From an uncultured Clostridia bacterium (GTDB taxonomy: Bacteria; Bacillota; Clostridia; Oscillospirales; CAG-272): 64,000 nucleotides of DNA. A program made the position numbers and the translations under genes. The stretch spans positions 8,406-72,405 of the forward strand of contig CAOKAC010000005.1 in NCBI GenBank assembly GCA_948466345.1. The letters are read 5' to 3'. A model generated the notes under the pieces. It did not search any database and was not told the origin of the DNA. It saw nothing but the letters and a program-made list of their open reading frames with translations. This document shows, piece by piece, positions 31,556-40,905 of this stretch; positions within the stretch are counted from its first letter, which is position 1; every line of letters begins with the position of its first letter.

Positions 31556-32329
31556 TTACCGTTCGTAGACGAACAGATCCCCGCATTCAAAATACCGTGC
31601 AGGAATCCCGCTAAACTTGCCGTCTATTTTTTTTGCCAGCGCCTCCATGGCAAACTTTTCACTTTGCACATGTCCCAGCAAAAGCATTGTTTTTTGCATA
31701 CCGAACTGAGCCGCTTCCCGCACCGGCTCACCAAACTGCCATTCGCAGGCTTCTCCGCAGATAGCGAGGTCTGTATCGTTTGTGAAAAAAGGTTCATAAA
31801 CGCTTTCGTCCCGCGCTCCCAGAAAAAGTCCTATTTTTTTTACGATGCCATCCCGTCGTCCGATTCTCCGCAGGCAGGGAAGATGCAGCGCCCGGCAAAT
31901 ATCTTCTATAATCTGTGCCGGGGAGGTGGGGGCGTTCAATGTGAAATGCATCCCGCCGTCAAAGGTGCCCTTCCAGCCTACAAGTTTCAGAAAAACCTGG
32001 CTTACATAGTCCACTCCCCGGAAGTGCATGGAATTGTGATATCGATAAATCGTTATGCCCGTCTCTTCCACCAAGGATTTTTTCTGATCCGACAGGACGG
32101 ATGCATGAAATTCGTCCAGATGATTATAGTAAGTAGGCTCATGCGTGATCAGCAGTCCTGCTCCCCAATCTGCCGCCTGCCGAAGTACCTGGGGCGTTGC
32201 GGCAAAACAAACGGCAATTTTTTGCACTTCATGCTCTGGCGTCCCTGCTTTGCAGGAGTCTATCATTCCGTGCCAGCCCTCCATAAATTCCTTGCCGATA
32301 ACCGCTTCCATAATTTCGATTGCTCTCAT
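31556..32329 (-). CDS. Nif3-like dinuclear metal centre protein
   Basis: LLITHEP motif and a C-terminal GHVQSE motif. ATG at 32329. Confidence 0.6.
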   Translation of the reverse strand: MRAIEIMEAVIGKEFMEGWHGMIDSCKAGTPEHEVQKIAVCFAATPQVLRQAADWGAGLLITHEPTYYNHLDEFHASVLSDQKKSLVEETGITIYRYHNSMHFRGVDYVSQVFLKLVGWKGTFDGGMHFTLNAPTSPAQIIEDICRALHLPCLRRIGRRDGIVKKIGLFLGARDESVYEPFFTNDTDLAICGEACEWQFGEPVREAAQFGMQKTMLLLGHVQSEKFAMEALAKKIDGKFSGIPARYFECGDLFVYER

Positions 32330-32470
32330 ATGAATCCCCACTTTGTCGTAGTATTTTTATCAGTATACCACAATCTTGTCTCGCTCGCAAATTTTTCCCC
32401 AACCAGGCAGGGGTGAATATACTGAAAACAAGGAACATACAAATTCTATATTTTGAAAGGCGGTTTACAT

Positions 32471-33352
32471 ATGCAAGTACCTTTTACTGGCTGCGGGACA
32501 GCGATTGTCACGCCTATGCGGGACGGAGGCGTGGATTTCGATGCCCTGGCGCGGCTGATTGAATACCAGATAGAGAATGGTGTGTCTGCGATTGTTCCCT
32601 GTGGAACTACCGGAGAAGCGCCTACTCTCAGCGGAGAAGAAAAGAAGCGGGTGATCTCTTTTACCATCCGGAGAGTAGATGGAAGGGTCCCTGTGATCGC
32701 CGGATGCGGTTCTCCTTCGACGGAATATGCAGCAGAATATGCGGCAGATGCAGAAAAAACAGGCGCTGATGGCATTTTGGTCGTTACACCCTATTATAAT
32801 AAAGCTACGGATCAAGGAATTTATTTCCATTATAAAACCATTGCGGACCAGGTCAAAATCCCTGTGATCGCCTATAATGTTCCGTCCCGCACAGGACTTT
32901 GCATTAGTGAGAGTGCTTATGAACTGCTGTGCACCATACCAAATTTGTGTGGAATAAAAGAGGCTTCGGCAAATGTAGGATATGCGGAGCGGATCGCCGC
33001 TATGTATGGGAAACAGCTTGGGGTATACAGTGGCTGTGACGAACTGACGGCGCCTATTTATGCGGTGGGGGGATGCGGTGTTGTATCTGTATTGTCCAAT
33101 ATTATGCCTGCGGCAATGGCGCGTCTGTGTGATTTGTGTGAGCGGGGGCGGCTTCAAGATGCAGCGGCGCTTCAGCAGAAACTATATCCTATGATTCGAG
33201 CGCTGTTTTCTGAGGTAAGCCCTATTCCGGTAAAGACGGCGCTAAGTCTTATGGGATTGTGCAGCGACGAAATGCGCTTACCCCTGTGCCCTATGAGTCA
33301 GGACGCTCGAGATAGATTGGAGCAGGAGATGAAACGGCAGGACTTAATATAA
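32471..33352 (+). CDS. dapA: 4-hydroxy-tetrahydrodipicolinate synthase
   Basis: GTAIVTPM, CGTTGE, YNVPSRTG and GIKEAS (active-site Lys region). The ATG at 32471 follows GAAAGG. Confidence 0.9.
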   Translation: MQVPFTGCGTAIVTPMRDGGVDFDALARLIEYQIENGVSAIVPCGTTGEAPTLSGEEKKRVISFTIRRVDGRVPVIAGCGSPSTEYAAEYAADAEKTGADGILVVTPYYNKATDQGIYFHYKTIADQVKIPVIAYNVPSRTGLCISESAYELLCTIPNLCGIKEASANVGYAERIAAMYGKQLGVYSGCDELTAPIYAVGGCGVVSVLSNIMPAAMARLCDLCERGRLQDAAALQQKLYPMIRALFSEVSPIPVKTALSLMGLCSDEMRLPLCPMSQDARDRLEQEMKRQDLI

Positions 33353-33382
33353 TTATTCTCTAAAATAACAAGCAAGTATAGA

Positions 33383-33409
33383 AAAAGCAGCGCATAGCGC
33401 TGCTTTTTT
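33383..33409 (+). terminator. terminator after dapA
   Basis: Stem aaaagcagcgc / gcgctgctttt plus T's. Confidence 0.75.
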
Positions 33410-33449
33410 GAAAAATAAACGAAAATTTGATTAAATTCAATTAAATAAG

Positions 33450-33478
33450 TTGACAAAACGACAATAAATTATTAAAAT
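33450..33478 (+). promoter_or_regulatory. candidate promoter of the rhs gene
   Basis: TTGACA, 17-nt spacer, TAAAAT in a very AT-rich intergenic region. A strong RBS AAAGGAG sits before the ATG at 33510. Confidence 0.5.
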
Positions 33479-33509
33479 TATTTTAATAAAAAGTAAAGGA
33501 GAAATAAAG

Positions 33510-36500
33510 ATGAGACAGCTTTGGAAGGCGGCGATTGGCGTTATAGCAATGACGGCAATCGTAGTGCAGACAATCCCCCTAGCAGGGGCGGCAAAAGCTT
33601 TACAGGATGAGCTTGCGATATCAGAAGAGAGACAGGGAGACTACCAAACGGATCTATTTGACGAAAGTATTTTTGAAGAAGCAGAAGAAGCCCAGCTTCT
33701 TCCGTATCCAATTGCGGAAATTACGGAAGAGAGAGATACATATACGAAAGTGTTTCGTATGAGCGATGGATCTTATACAGCGGCGGTGTATCCGCAGCCT
33801 GTTCATTTTGAACAGGAAGGTGAGATGAAGGAAATCGACAATACGCTGGAGCTTGTGACTAAAGATGGCCGAAGCTGGTACAAAAATCAGCAGTCGTCCG
33901 TACAATTCTTGCTGCCGATTCAAATGTCGGCGTTTGCACCGATACAGGTGGAAGCTGCCGATGGATCCGAAATATCGTTTGTTATGCGGACCGGACAGGG
34001 AAAAAGAGCAGCAGTTGCCGATAAGCCAGATATTGACAGCCAAACGGCGAAGCTGCGAGAATTTATTGAGGCAGATACACTTTCCGAAGAACAGTTTGAG
34101 GCGATATATCACAAAAAAACTTCTCAGGTAGAAAATCCGGGAAATTTAACGAAGGAAGAGGCCAGAGCGGAGCTAGCCGAATTAGGGCTACAAGTGGAGA
34201 AGAATACTGCTGCAGTGACTTATCGGGAGATGACGGAAGGAGTAGACTTACGATACAGTCTTCAGGGAACACAGCTTAAAGAAGAGATTATTTTAAAAAA
34301 GCTTCCACAGGAAGAACGGTTTATTTTTACCATGCAATCGCCCGCTCTGCAGGCGGTTTTGAGAGAGGATGGAAGCGTTGATTTTATAGACGAGGCAGGA
34401 ATGACACAGATGCATATTGCCGTACCGTTTATGTACGATGCGGCGGGAGCATCATCGGGAGCTATTAAAGTAGAACTTATTGAGGCGGAGGGCGGTTTTT
34501 ATTTTTATGAGCTTGTCCCGGATCGGACTTGGCTGCATGATGCGGATCGAACCTATCCTGTAATTATCGATCCGCCTCTGCAAACAGGCGACGTAACTAC
34601 CGTGAAAGATACCACGGCGGTATTTGGAACCAATAAGGGAAATCTTGCTACCAGTGGAGAAAAGGTGTATTTGAAGGCGGGACTGCGGTATGATAGTTCT
34701 ACGGGGAAAAAAGCTGAAGTGCAGTCCATGATTTATTCTCCTTTGCCCGCGGCTCTTACACAACATAGCGGCGTGCGCCTGCTACAGGCACGTATTTACA
34801 TACATGGATATAACATGGGCTTTGCCTCTTGTGCCAATACCCTGCAATTAAATGCATACCGGATCACAAAAGACTGGGATACATCTAACATGAACGACAC
34901 GGATGTACTTTGTCTGGATGCGAACGGAAATGCGGACTATTCCGATGTGCTGGACTTTATTCGGGTGAATGATTCCGGGGAAAAATACTTTGACTGGTAT
35001 GCGATAGATATTACCAAAGCGGCACAGCAGTGGCTGGACGGATTGACGCCTAACTATGGCGTAGCCTTGCGGGCTACAGGACTTGGCAGCTTGGAAAATT
35101 TTGCGCGTTTTTACGATAGCACCAACACGCAAACTGCCGCTGCCTGCCCGAAGTTTGCTTACCAATATAGGGATGCAAAGGGAGTGGAGGACTATTGGAC
35201 TTTCACATCTGTACAAGCGGGCAGGAATGGAACGGCCGCTGTAAATAATTTTAACGGCAACCCAGTAGTTGTGCAGGACCTGTGCGCTAGCACAGGCGAG
35301 CGTCTTCCTGTTAGTCTGTCCCTCATATACAGTATGAACAGCAACGAGAGTCTTAAAGCGGGGCTGGGCTTTTGGCGTACCAATTATCATATGTATATTG
35401 AGGCATGTGATATTCAGTTTCAGGGAACCAAATATCCGTATTGCTTTGTGGATAGCGATGGAACACGGCATTATCTGTATGAGAAAGATGGCAAGTATAT
35501 AGACGAAGACGGTCTCGGACTGGAAATGACGGTGATCAACGAGTCAGATCATCGGTATAAAATGATCACAAAGGATAAAACAGAAATCAAGTTTGACTGG
35601 TTCGGGCGTCTAAAGCGGATTACGGACGGGAACGGAAATTATAACCGGGTTTTGTATGTATCAATGACGGATGCATCAAACCATACAATTTCTGCTATCG
35701 AAGAAGGCGGAAGCGGCTCTTCCGATATCCGGTCTACAACCTTTTCCTATTCCGGGGCGACCGTGCGTATCACACCTCCGGGACAAAATAATCTTGCCCT
35801 GATATATAGCGGTTCCAATCGGGCGTGGCTGGATTCCATCTACTATCCGGACAGCAGCGGTACCGCAACCGGCGGCGCAGTGGCGTTTACATATAACTCT
35901 GGTACCGGTGCATTGCTTACTGTAACAGACGGATATGGCCGCAGTACCAAACTCACTTATACAGCCAGCGGCAACCGCGTTGCAAAGCTGCAATATGGAG
36001 GAGGCGGCGTCTACAGTTATACGTATAATTTCGCATATGCCTGGAATGCAACTACGGTGACAGACCAGGACGGCCGTGCAGTTACCTACCAGTTCAATAA
36101 TGCGGGCCATACGGTAGGTGTGGTGGACCATACATCTTCTATGGGACAAAGCTATGCTTATGGTGCGCCAGGAGGCACAAAAACTGGTGAAGAAAACAAG
36201 CTGCTCAGCGTGTCTAAAACCATTACACCTAGTCAAAACCGGATCAACAGCGGCAGCTTTTTCTCACCTGCTTCTGTAGAGCAGTATACAATTTATCCAA
36301 ACGACGGCGGCTTTGGTAAGGCCCATGTATATGGCCCCGGCAACAGTAGTCCCAACAGTATGTACATGTCAAAAACAGCTGCATGCAACGAGAGTCGGTT
36401 TGTATACGTGACAGTGCATAATCTATCTGCCGGAAAATATACACTGTCCGGTTATGTGCGCACCGACGGGGCGTTGTCGGGTAAAGGCGTGTACCTTGGC

Positions 36501-39500
36501 GCCAACATTTTCAATGCGAATGGTTACCGTACTGGAGTCGGCTCTGTTTCGGTAAACGATACCGGAGGCGAGTGGGTTCGTCTCCAGATTCCCTTCAATG
36601 TGCAGGCAGGGGATACCTATGCCCATGTAGGTATTTATTTTGATGCGGATACACACGGCAGCGCATGGCTGGACGATATTCAATTGGAGTATGGCGACGG
36701 TGCCGGAAGTTTTAACTATGTATATAATAATCAGTTTTTGAGCAACTGCAGCGGCTGGTCCCGCAGCGCTGGCGTTACTGACAGCAACAGAGAAGCGGCT
36801 GCTCCTGCCAATGTACACCGGCAGGTAAACTTTACCGGCAGTTCTACGGAGGCAAAGCAGGTGGGCCAGCGGATCTATGGAGGCGGCAATCAAGGAGATA
36901 TATTCATCTTCGGCGGATGGGCAAGAGCAAATTCTATTCCCCTGGACGCTGCGCTGCAAACTTCCAACACAGGACTTGCAACGAAAGCCGGTACACCTAC
37001 CTTTGCCCTGCATCTTACATTTTATAAGAATGATGTAAAGGTGGGAGATACAGTCACGGTGCCTTTCAACCATGGGGTGACCGGCTGGCAATATGTTACC
37101 GGCAAAGCTTTGGCTCCCGGAGCGTATGACAGCGTGCAGTATGCTTTTTCCTATAACTACAATACCGGAAACGTAGCATTCGGCAGTCCGTTCGTGTATA
37201 AAGAAAGCTACGGTCAGAGTTACACCTATGATGGCTCCGGCAATGTAGTGTCCAGTGAAAGCGCCGCTGAAACCAACGCGCACTTTGCTTATACAAACGA
37301 ATATCTCACCAGAAGCCTCAGCCCCAGCGGAAGCGGATATGTTTATAACTATAATGGTACAACCCATAATATGCAGTATGCCTTGTCTTCTTCCGGACAG
37401 CGGGTGGACGTGAGTTATAACAGTACGGGCGGCGCTACCAAAATGGAAATTTCCCAGGTAAATACCGCGCCCCTGACCACAGGAACAGCATGCTATATAA
37501 TCAGCGGGAAAACAGGCCGTGCCCTGACGAACGACGGGGGCGCCGCAAAGATGCGGGATTGGAAGGTAGGAGACAAGAACCAACAGTGGTGGCTATTCAA
37601 CATAAGCGGAAGCGCCTATACAGTACGCCCGGTGACAAACGGGGATTACGCGTTGTATATGGGTAGCAGCAGCGACGTGCGCGTTGATTACCTTGGATGG
37701 GGAGGAACCCCGGTCCAGTATCGGTTTGGCATCGGTCCGGATGGAGACGGCGTATACCGGATTACCGCGGGATACAGTGATTATGTGAGGCAGATATGCG
37801 AGGGAGTGGGATCGGATCCCGGTAGCGCTACCCAACCCCTGACCACAGGAACAGTTATCTCATATGGAAACAAGTATCATACACAGGATGAAGTGTGGTA
37901 TTTTGTGTTAGAAGACGGGAAAGCGCCCCTTCGGATGGAAACCAGCGCGACATATACATCAGATGGACATCACGTTGCCAGTGCAACAGACAGCCTGGGA
38001 AACACAACTGAATATGCATACAACAGCGCGGGATTGGTGTCGCAGGTGCGCAATGCGAAAGGAGAAACGGAAGCATATACCTATGACCGGGTAAACCGAA
38101 CCAAAACAGTGACGTCGGGCGGATCCAAGGCAGAATATACATATGAAAAGGATCAGCTGCGGCAAATCAGCATGAACGATGGGGAGGCCAAATATCACTT
38201 CGACTACGATGCGCTGGGCCGGAAGACGGCGGTACAAACGTCGAGGGCAGACAGTGGGAAGCACTGGCTGGCAGAGTATACATATACGAAAAACAACATG
38301 ACGTCGCAGAAATACAGTAACGGAGTGCAGGTAGATTTCGAATATGATAATCTGGATCGGCTGGTGGAGAAGCGATACGGAGACTTCAGAACCGCACCGA
38401 TCCGGTACAGCTATGACCCGAATGGGAATCTGTACAAGGTATCGGACGGCCTGTGGAGCGTAGGAATCGAGACGGGATATACCTATGACCTGGCAGGACG
38501 GATAGTAGGTGTACGGGCAGTAGAAGAGGGGACGCAGAATCACAGAGCGGCGCTGGAGAGGCGATATACGGACAAAAAAGGCACGGTAGAGAGTCAGCGG
38601 GTAGAGATATATGGAGCATCCAATCGGGCTGAGGAGACGGCGAAGTATACGTACCGGTATGGAGATTACCAGGCGCATGAAATGCCGGGGGTAGTGTATG
38701 AAGTGAAGAAGGACGGGAAAGACTTTCTGAGCTATGCCTACGACGGACTTGGAAGAGTGACGAGCCGGGGAGTGGGAGGACTTACGAACCGGGAGAAGTA
38801 TACATATAATCCGGGTCCGAACGGTACGACTACCACCCAGGTGCAGAAGTTCAGCGATCTACAAGGATTGGAAACTACATATACATATGATGTGAACGGG
38901 AATATAACGGCAGCGGACAGCAAAGAAGCAAGCGACCAGTATGTTTACGACGCCTTAGGAAGGATGGTACGCGCGAATAACGGCGATTCGGATGTAAAGC
39001 TGACAGAGACGTACGAATACGACGGAAGAGGAAATATTGTATCGCGGACAAGATACAATTATACAACTGCTGAAACGCCGACAAGACCGAAGAAAACGGT
39101 CACATATAAGTATGAGGACGCAAGCTGGTCGGACCTGCTGACGGAGTACGACGGACAGAAGCTGACATATGACAACATAGGAAACCCGCTGACGTACCGT
39201 GACGGAATGACGATGAGTTGGAAACACGGGAGAAGCCTGCGTGATATACAAAAGGACGGAGAGACGCAGGGATCGTATAACTACAACGGGGACGGACTGC
39301 GGACATACAAGAGTACGAAGGGATACGGAACAACGGAGTATCACATACTAGACGGGCAGTATGTAGGAGAGACGAAAACGCTGAACGGAAAGACGTATCA
39401 TACGCTGTACCTGTATGATGAAGCAGGAAGTATCATAGGACTGCAGGAGAACGGAGAGACATACTATTTTGTGAAGAACCTGCAGGGAGATGTAATAGGG

Positions 39501-40349
39501 ATACTGGACAGCAAAGGGGAAGCAGTAGGGTATTATTTCTATGATGTATGGGGGAATATAGCCAAAGTATACAGCAATTCGAACTGGGATGAGGTAAGTG
39601 ATCCGGAGCACATAGCATTGCGGAATCCATTCCGGTATCGGGGATACATGTACGATGAGGAGAGCGGGCTGTACTATCTGCAGAGCCGGTACTACGACCC
39701 AGTTACAGGCAGATTTGTCAATGCGGACGGATTCGTAAGTACGGGGCAGGGCCTGATGGGCAACAACATGTTCGCGTATTGTAATGATAATCCTGTTATG
39801 TTTGTGGATCCTACGGGGCGGTTTATTGGTACTGCTACGGCAGCAGGACTTATTGCACTGGGGAAATTATTTTTGGCGGCAGCTGCAGCGACAATAGTAG
39901 TGGGAGCAGTGACGACGTTGCCGCCTCCAACACTTCCCGGAACGATTAGCAGGCCGGGAGATAACATATTGGCACCAGATATAGCCGCGCCGGCTCCTAG
40001 GAGTAAGGATGAAGCCAAGGATAAGGCAGATGAAAAGGTTATAGAAAAGCCTATACCTAAAAAACAAAAAGTATTTCCCGAAAATCCGCTGGAGTTTAAT
40101 CCTACTGGATTGATACCAACTACTTATGTGGAAACTGGAAGTGGGAAAAATGGAGGTATTATAAAGTGGGAAATACCTGGGACAACAATGGCTATATTTG
40201 AATGGGATGAAGGAATGAATGAGGTTGGTGGCTCTCACTATCATGTAATGTTGCCTGCAGCTAACAATAAACATCTGGAAGGAGGTCATTACAAAGCCGG
40301 CGAATTGGTACCGGAACCATGGAATTCGATGTATTTTGGAGGAAATTAA
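33510..40349 (+). CDS. Sec-signal RHS/YD-repeat polymorphic toxin (WapA-like), 2,279 aa
   Basis: Signal peptide MRQLWKAAIGVIAMTAIVVQTIPLAGAAKA. Many YD repeats (YTYD..GR, Y.YD..G). RHS core PFRYRGYMYDEESGLYYLQSRYYDPVTGRFVNADGF and the cleavage-type motif NPVMFVDPTGRF are followed by a 174-aa variable C-terminus. Confidence 0.9.
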   Translation: MRQLWKAAIGVIAMTAIVVQTIPLAGAAKALQDELAISEERQGDYQTDLFDESIFEEAEEAQLLPYPIAEITEERDTYTKVFRMSDGSYTAAVYPQPVHFEQEGEMKEIDNTLELVTKDGRSWYKNQQSSVQFLLPIQMSAFAPIQVEAADGSEISFVMRTGQGKRAAVADKPDIDSQTAKLREFIEADTLSEEQFEAIYHKKTSQVENPGNLTKEEARAELAELGLQVEKNTAAVTYREMTEGVDLRYSLQGTQLKEEIILKKLPQEERFIFTMQSPALQAVLREDGSVDFIDEAGMTQMHIAVPFMYDAAGASSGAIKVELIEAEGGFYFYELVPDRTWLHDADRTYPVIIDPPLQTGDVTTVKDTTAVFGTNKGNLATSGEKVYLKAGLRYDSSTGKKAEVQSMIYSPLPAALTQHSGVRLLQARIYIHGYNMGFASCANTLQLNAYRITKDWDTSNMNDTDVLCLDANGNADYSDVLDFIRVNDSGEKYFDWYAIDITKAAQQWLDGLTPNYGVALRATGLGSLENFARFYDSTNTQTAAACPKFAYQYRDAKGVEDYWTFTSVQAGRNGTAAVNNFNGNPVVVQDLCASTGERLPVSLSLIYSMNSNESLKAGLGFWRTNYHMYIEACDIQFQGTKYPYCFVDSDGTRHYLYEKDGKYIDEDGLGLEMTVINESDHRYKMITKDKTEIKFDWFGRLKRITDGNGNYNRVLYVSMTDASNHTISAIEEGGSGSSDIRSTTFSYSGATVRITPPGQNNLALIYSGSNRAWLDSIYYPDSSGTATGGAVAFTYNSGTGALLTVTDGYGRSTKLTYTASGNRVAKLQYGGGGVYSYTYNFAYAWNATTVTDQDGRAVTYQFNNAGHTVGVVDHTSSMGQSYAYGAPGGTKTGEENKLLSVSKTITPSQNRINSGSFFSPASVEQYTIYPNDGGFGKAHVYGPGNSSPNSMYMSKTAACNESRFVYVTVHNLSAGKYTLSGYVRTDGALSGKGVYLGANIFNANGYRTGVGSVSVNDTGGEWVRLQIPFNVQAGDTYAHVGIYFDADTHGSAWLDDIQLEYGDGAGSFNYVYNNQFLSNCSGWSRSAGVTDSNREAAAPANVHRQVNFTGSSTEAKQVGQRIYGGGNQGDIFIFGGWARANSIPLDAALQTSNTGLATKAGTPTFALHLTFYKNDVKVGDTVTVPFNHGVTGWQYVTGKALAPGAYDSVQYAFSYNYNTGNVAFGSPFVYKESYGQSYTYDGSGNVVSSESAAETNAHFAYTNEYLTRSLSPSGSGYVYNYNGTTHNMQYALSSSGQRVDVSYNSTGGATKMEISQVNTAPLTTGTACYIISGKTGRALTNDGGAAKMRDWKVGDKNQQWWLFNISGSAYTVRPVTNGDYALYMGSSSDVRVDYLGWGGTPVQYRFGIGPDGDGVYRITAGYSDYVRQICEGVGSDPGSATQPLTTGTVISYGNKYHTQDEVWYFVLEDGKAPLRMETSATYTSDGHHVASATDSLGNTTEYAYNSAGLVSQVRNAKGETEAYTYDRVNRTKTVTSGGSKAEYTYEKDQLRQISMNDGEAKYHFDYDALGRKTAVQTSRADSGKHWLAEYTYTKNNMTSQKYSNGVQVDFEYDNLDRLVEKRYGDFRTAPIRYSYDPNGNLYKVSDGLWSVGIETGYTYDLAGRIVGVRAVEEGTQNHRAALERRYTDKKGTVESQRVEIYGASNRAEETAKYTYRYGDYQAHEMPGVVYEVKKDGKDFLSYAYDGLGRVTSRGVGGLTNREKYTYNPGPNGTTTTQVQKFSDLQGLETTYTYDVNGNITAADSKEASDQYVYDALGRMVRANNGDSDVKLTETYEYDGRGNIVSRTRYNYTTAETPTRPKKTVTYKYEDASWSDLLTEYDGQKLTYDNIGNPLTYRDGMTMSWKHGRSLRDIQKDGETQGSYNYNGDGLRTYKSTKGYGTTEYHILDGQYVGETKTLNGKTYHTLYLYDEAGSIIGLQENGETYYFVKNLQGDVIGILDSKGEAVGYYFYDVWGNIAKVYSNSNWDEVSDPEHIALRNPFRYRGYMYDEESGLYYLQSRYYDPVTGRFVNADGFVSTGQGLMGNNMFAYCNDNPVMFVDPTGRFIGTATAAGLIALGKLFLAAAAATIVVGAVTTLPPPTLPGTISRPGDNILAPDIAAPAPRSKDEAKDKADEKVIEKPIPKKQKVFPENPLEFNPTGLIPTTYVETGSGKNGGIIKWEIPGTTMAIFEWDEGMNEVGGSHYHVMLPAANNKHLEGGHYKAGELVPEPWNSMYFGGN

Positions 40350-40813
40350 TGAAACATATAGATGATACAAACAAGGAAGAAATAAATAAAATAAATATCC
40401 ACGACAGCTTTTATGATGGATTTCAATATGATTATGAAAGTAGAACCATAAAATTATGTTGTGAAAATTACTATTTAAAAAAGACATTTACGTTCATTTT
40501 TCATAATGTAATTTTGTTTGAAATGCAAAGTTGCACATTTTGGGGAACTGGTAATCGAATTAGATATATATCCATTACAGATGATCCTTCTTTTGTGGGT
40601 CAATATCAAGAATTACACCAAAAAGAAGAAACGTGGATAAAAAATTCATGCTTGGATCAAGGAATTGTATATATGCCAATTGAAATACAAATTAATTCCG
40701 GGGACATGTTGTATTTGCTATGTGAAAGTGTAGATTTTTTTGAGAAAGATTTGGATGTCGAGGAAAGTAGGAAAAGACGTGAAACTTCTATTACAAAGAA
40801 TTGGATCGAGTAA
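40349..40813 (+). CDS. candidate cognate immunity protein (154 aa, no family assigned)
   Basis: The ATG overlaps the rhs stop (TAATG), and GGAGGA lies 8 nt upstream inside rhs. The gene is very AT-rich and encodes a cytoplasmic-looking protein. Confidence 0.6.
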   Translation: MKHIDDTNKEEINKINIHDSFYDGFQYDYESRTIKLCCENYYLKKTFTFIFHNVILFEMQSCTFWGTGNRIRYISITDDPSFVGQYQELHQKEETWIKNSCLDQGIVYMPIEIQINSGDMLYLLCESVDFFEKDLDVEESRKRRETSITKNWIE

Positions 40814-40873
40814 GTCAGACTTTTTCGTGCAGACAGCAGGTGCATATTTAAAATAAAATTAAAAATTAGTCGA

Positions 40874-40905
40874 AGAAAAGCAGGGCGGATTCCGCCCTGC
40901 TTTTC
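40874..40905. terminator. bidirectional terminator
   Basis: 15-bp stem gaaaagcagggcgga / tccgccctgcttttc. Confidence 0.8.

Noticed and set aside
31664-32416. 250-aa + strand ORF
   Set aside because: It is antisense to the Nif3-like gene, and it has no RBS and no recognisable motifs.
32342-32470. Lysine riboswitch upstream of dapA
   Set aside because: Only ~130 nt of intergenic space is available, and I could not find the conserved L-box helices or motifs.
34848-39630. A series of long minus-strand ORFs (for example 36423..37583 at 386 aa, and 37959..38678 at 239 aa)
   Set aside because: All are antisense to the continuous 2,279-aa RHS frame. Long stop-free antisense frames are expected opposite repeat-rich, GC-biased coding sequence.
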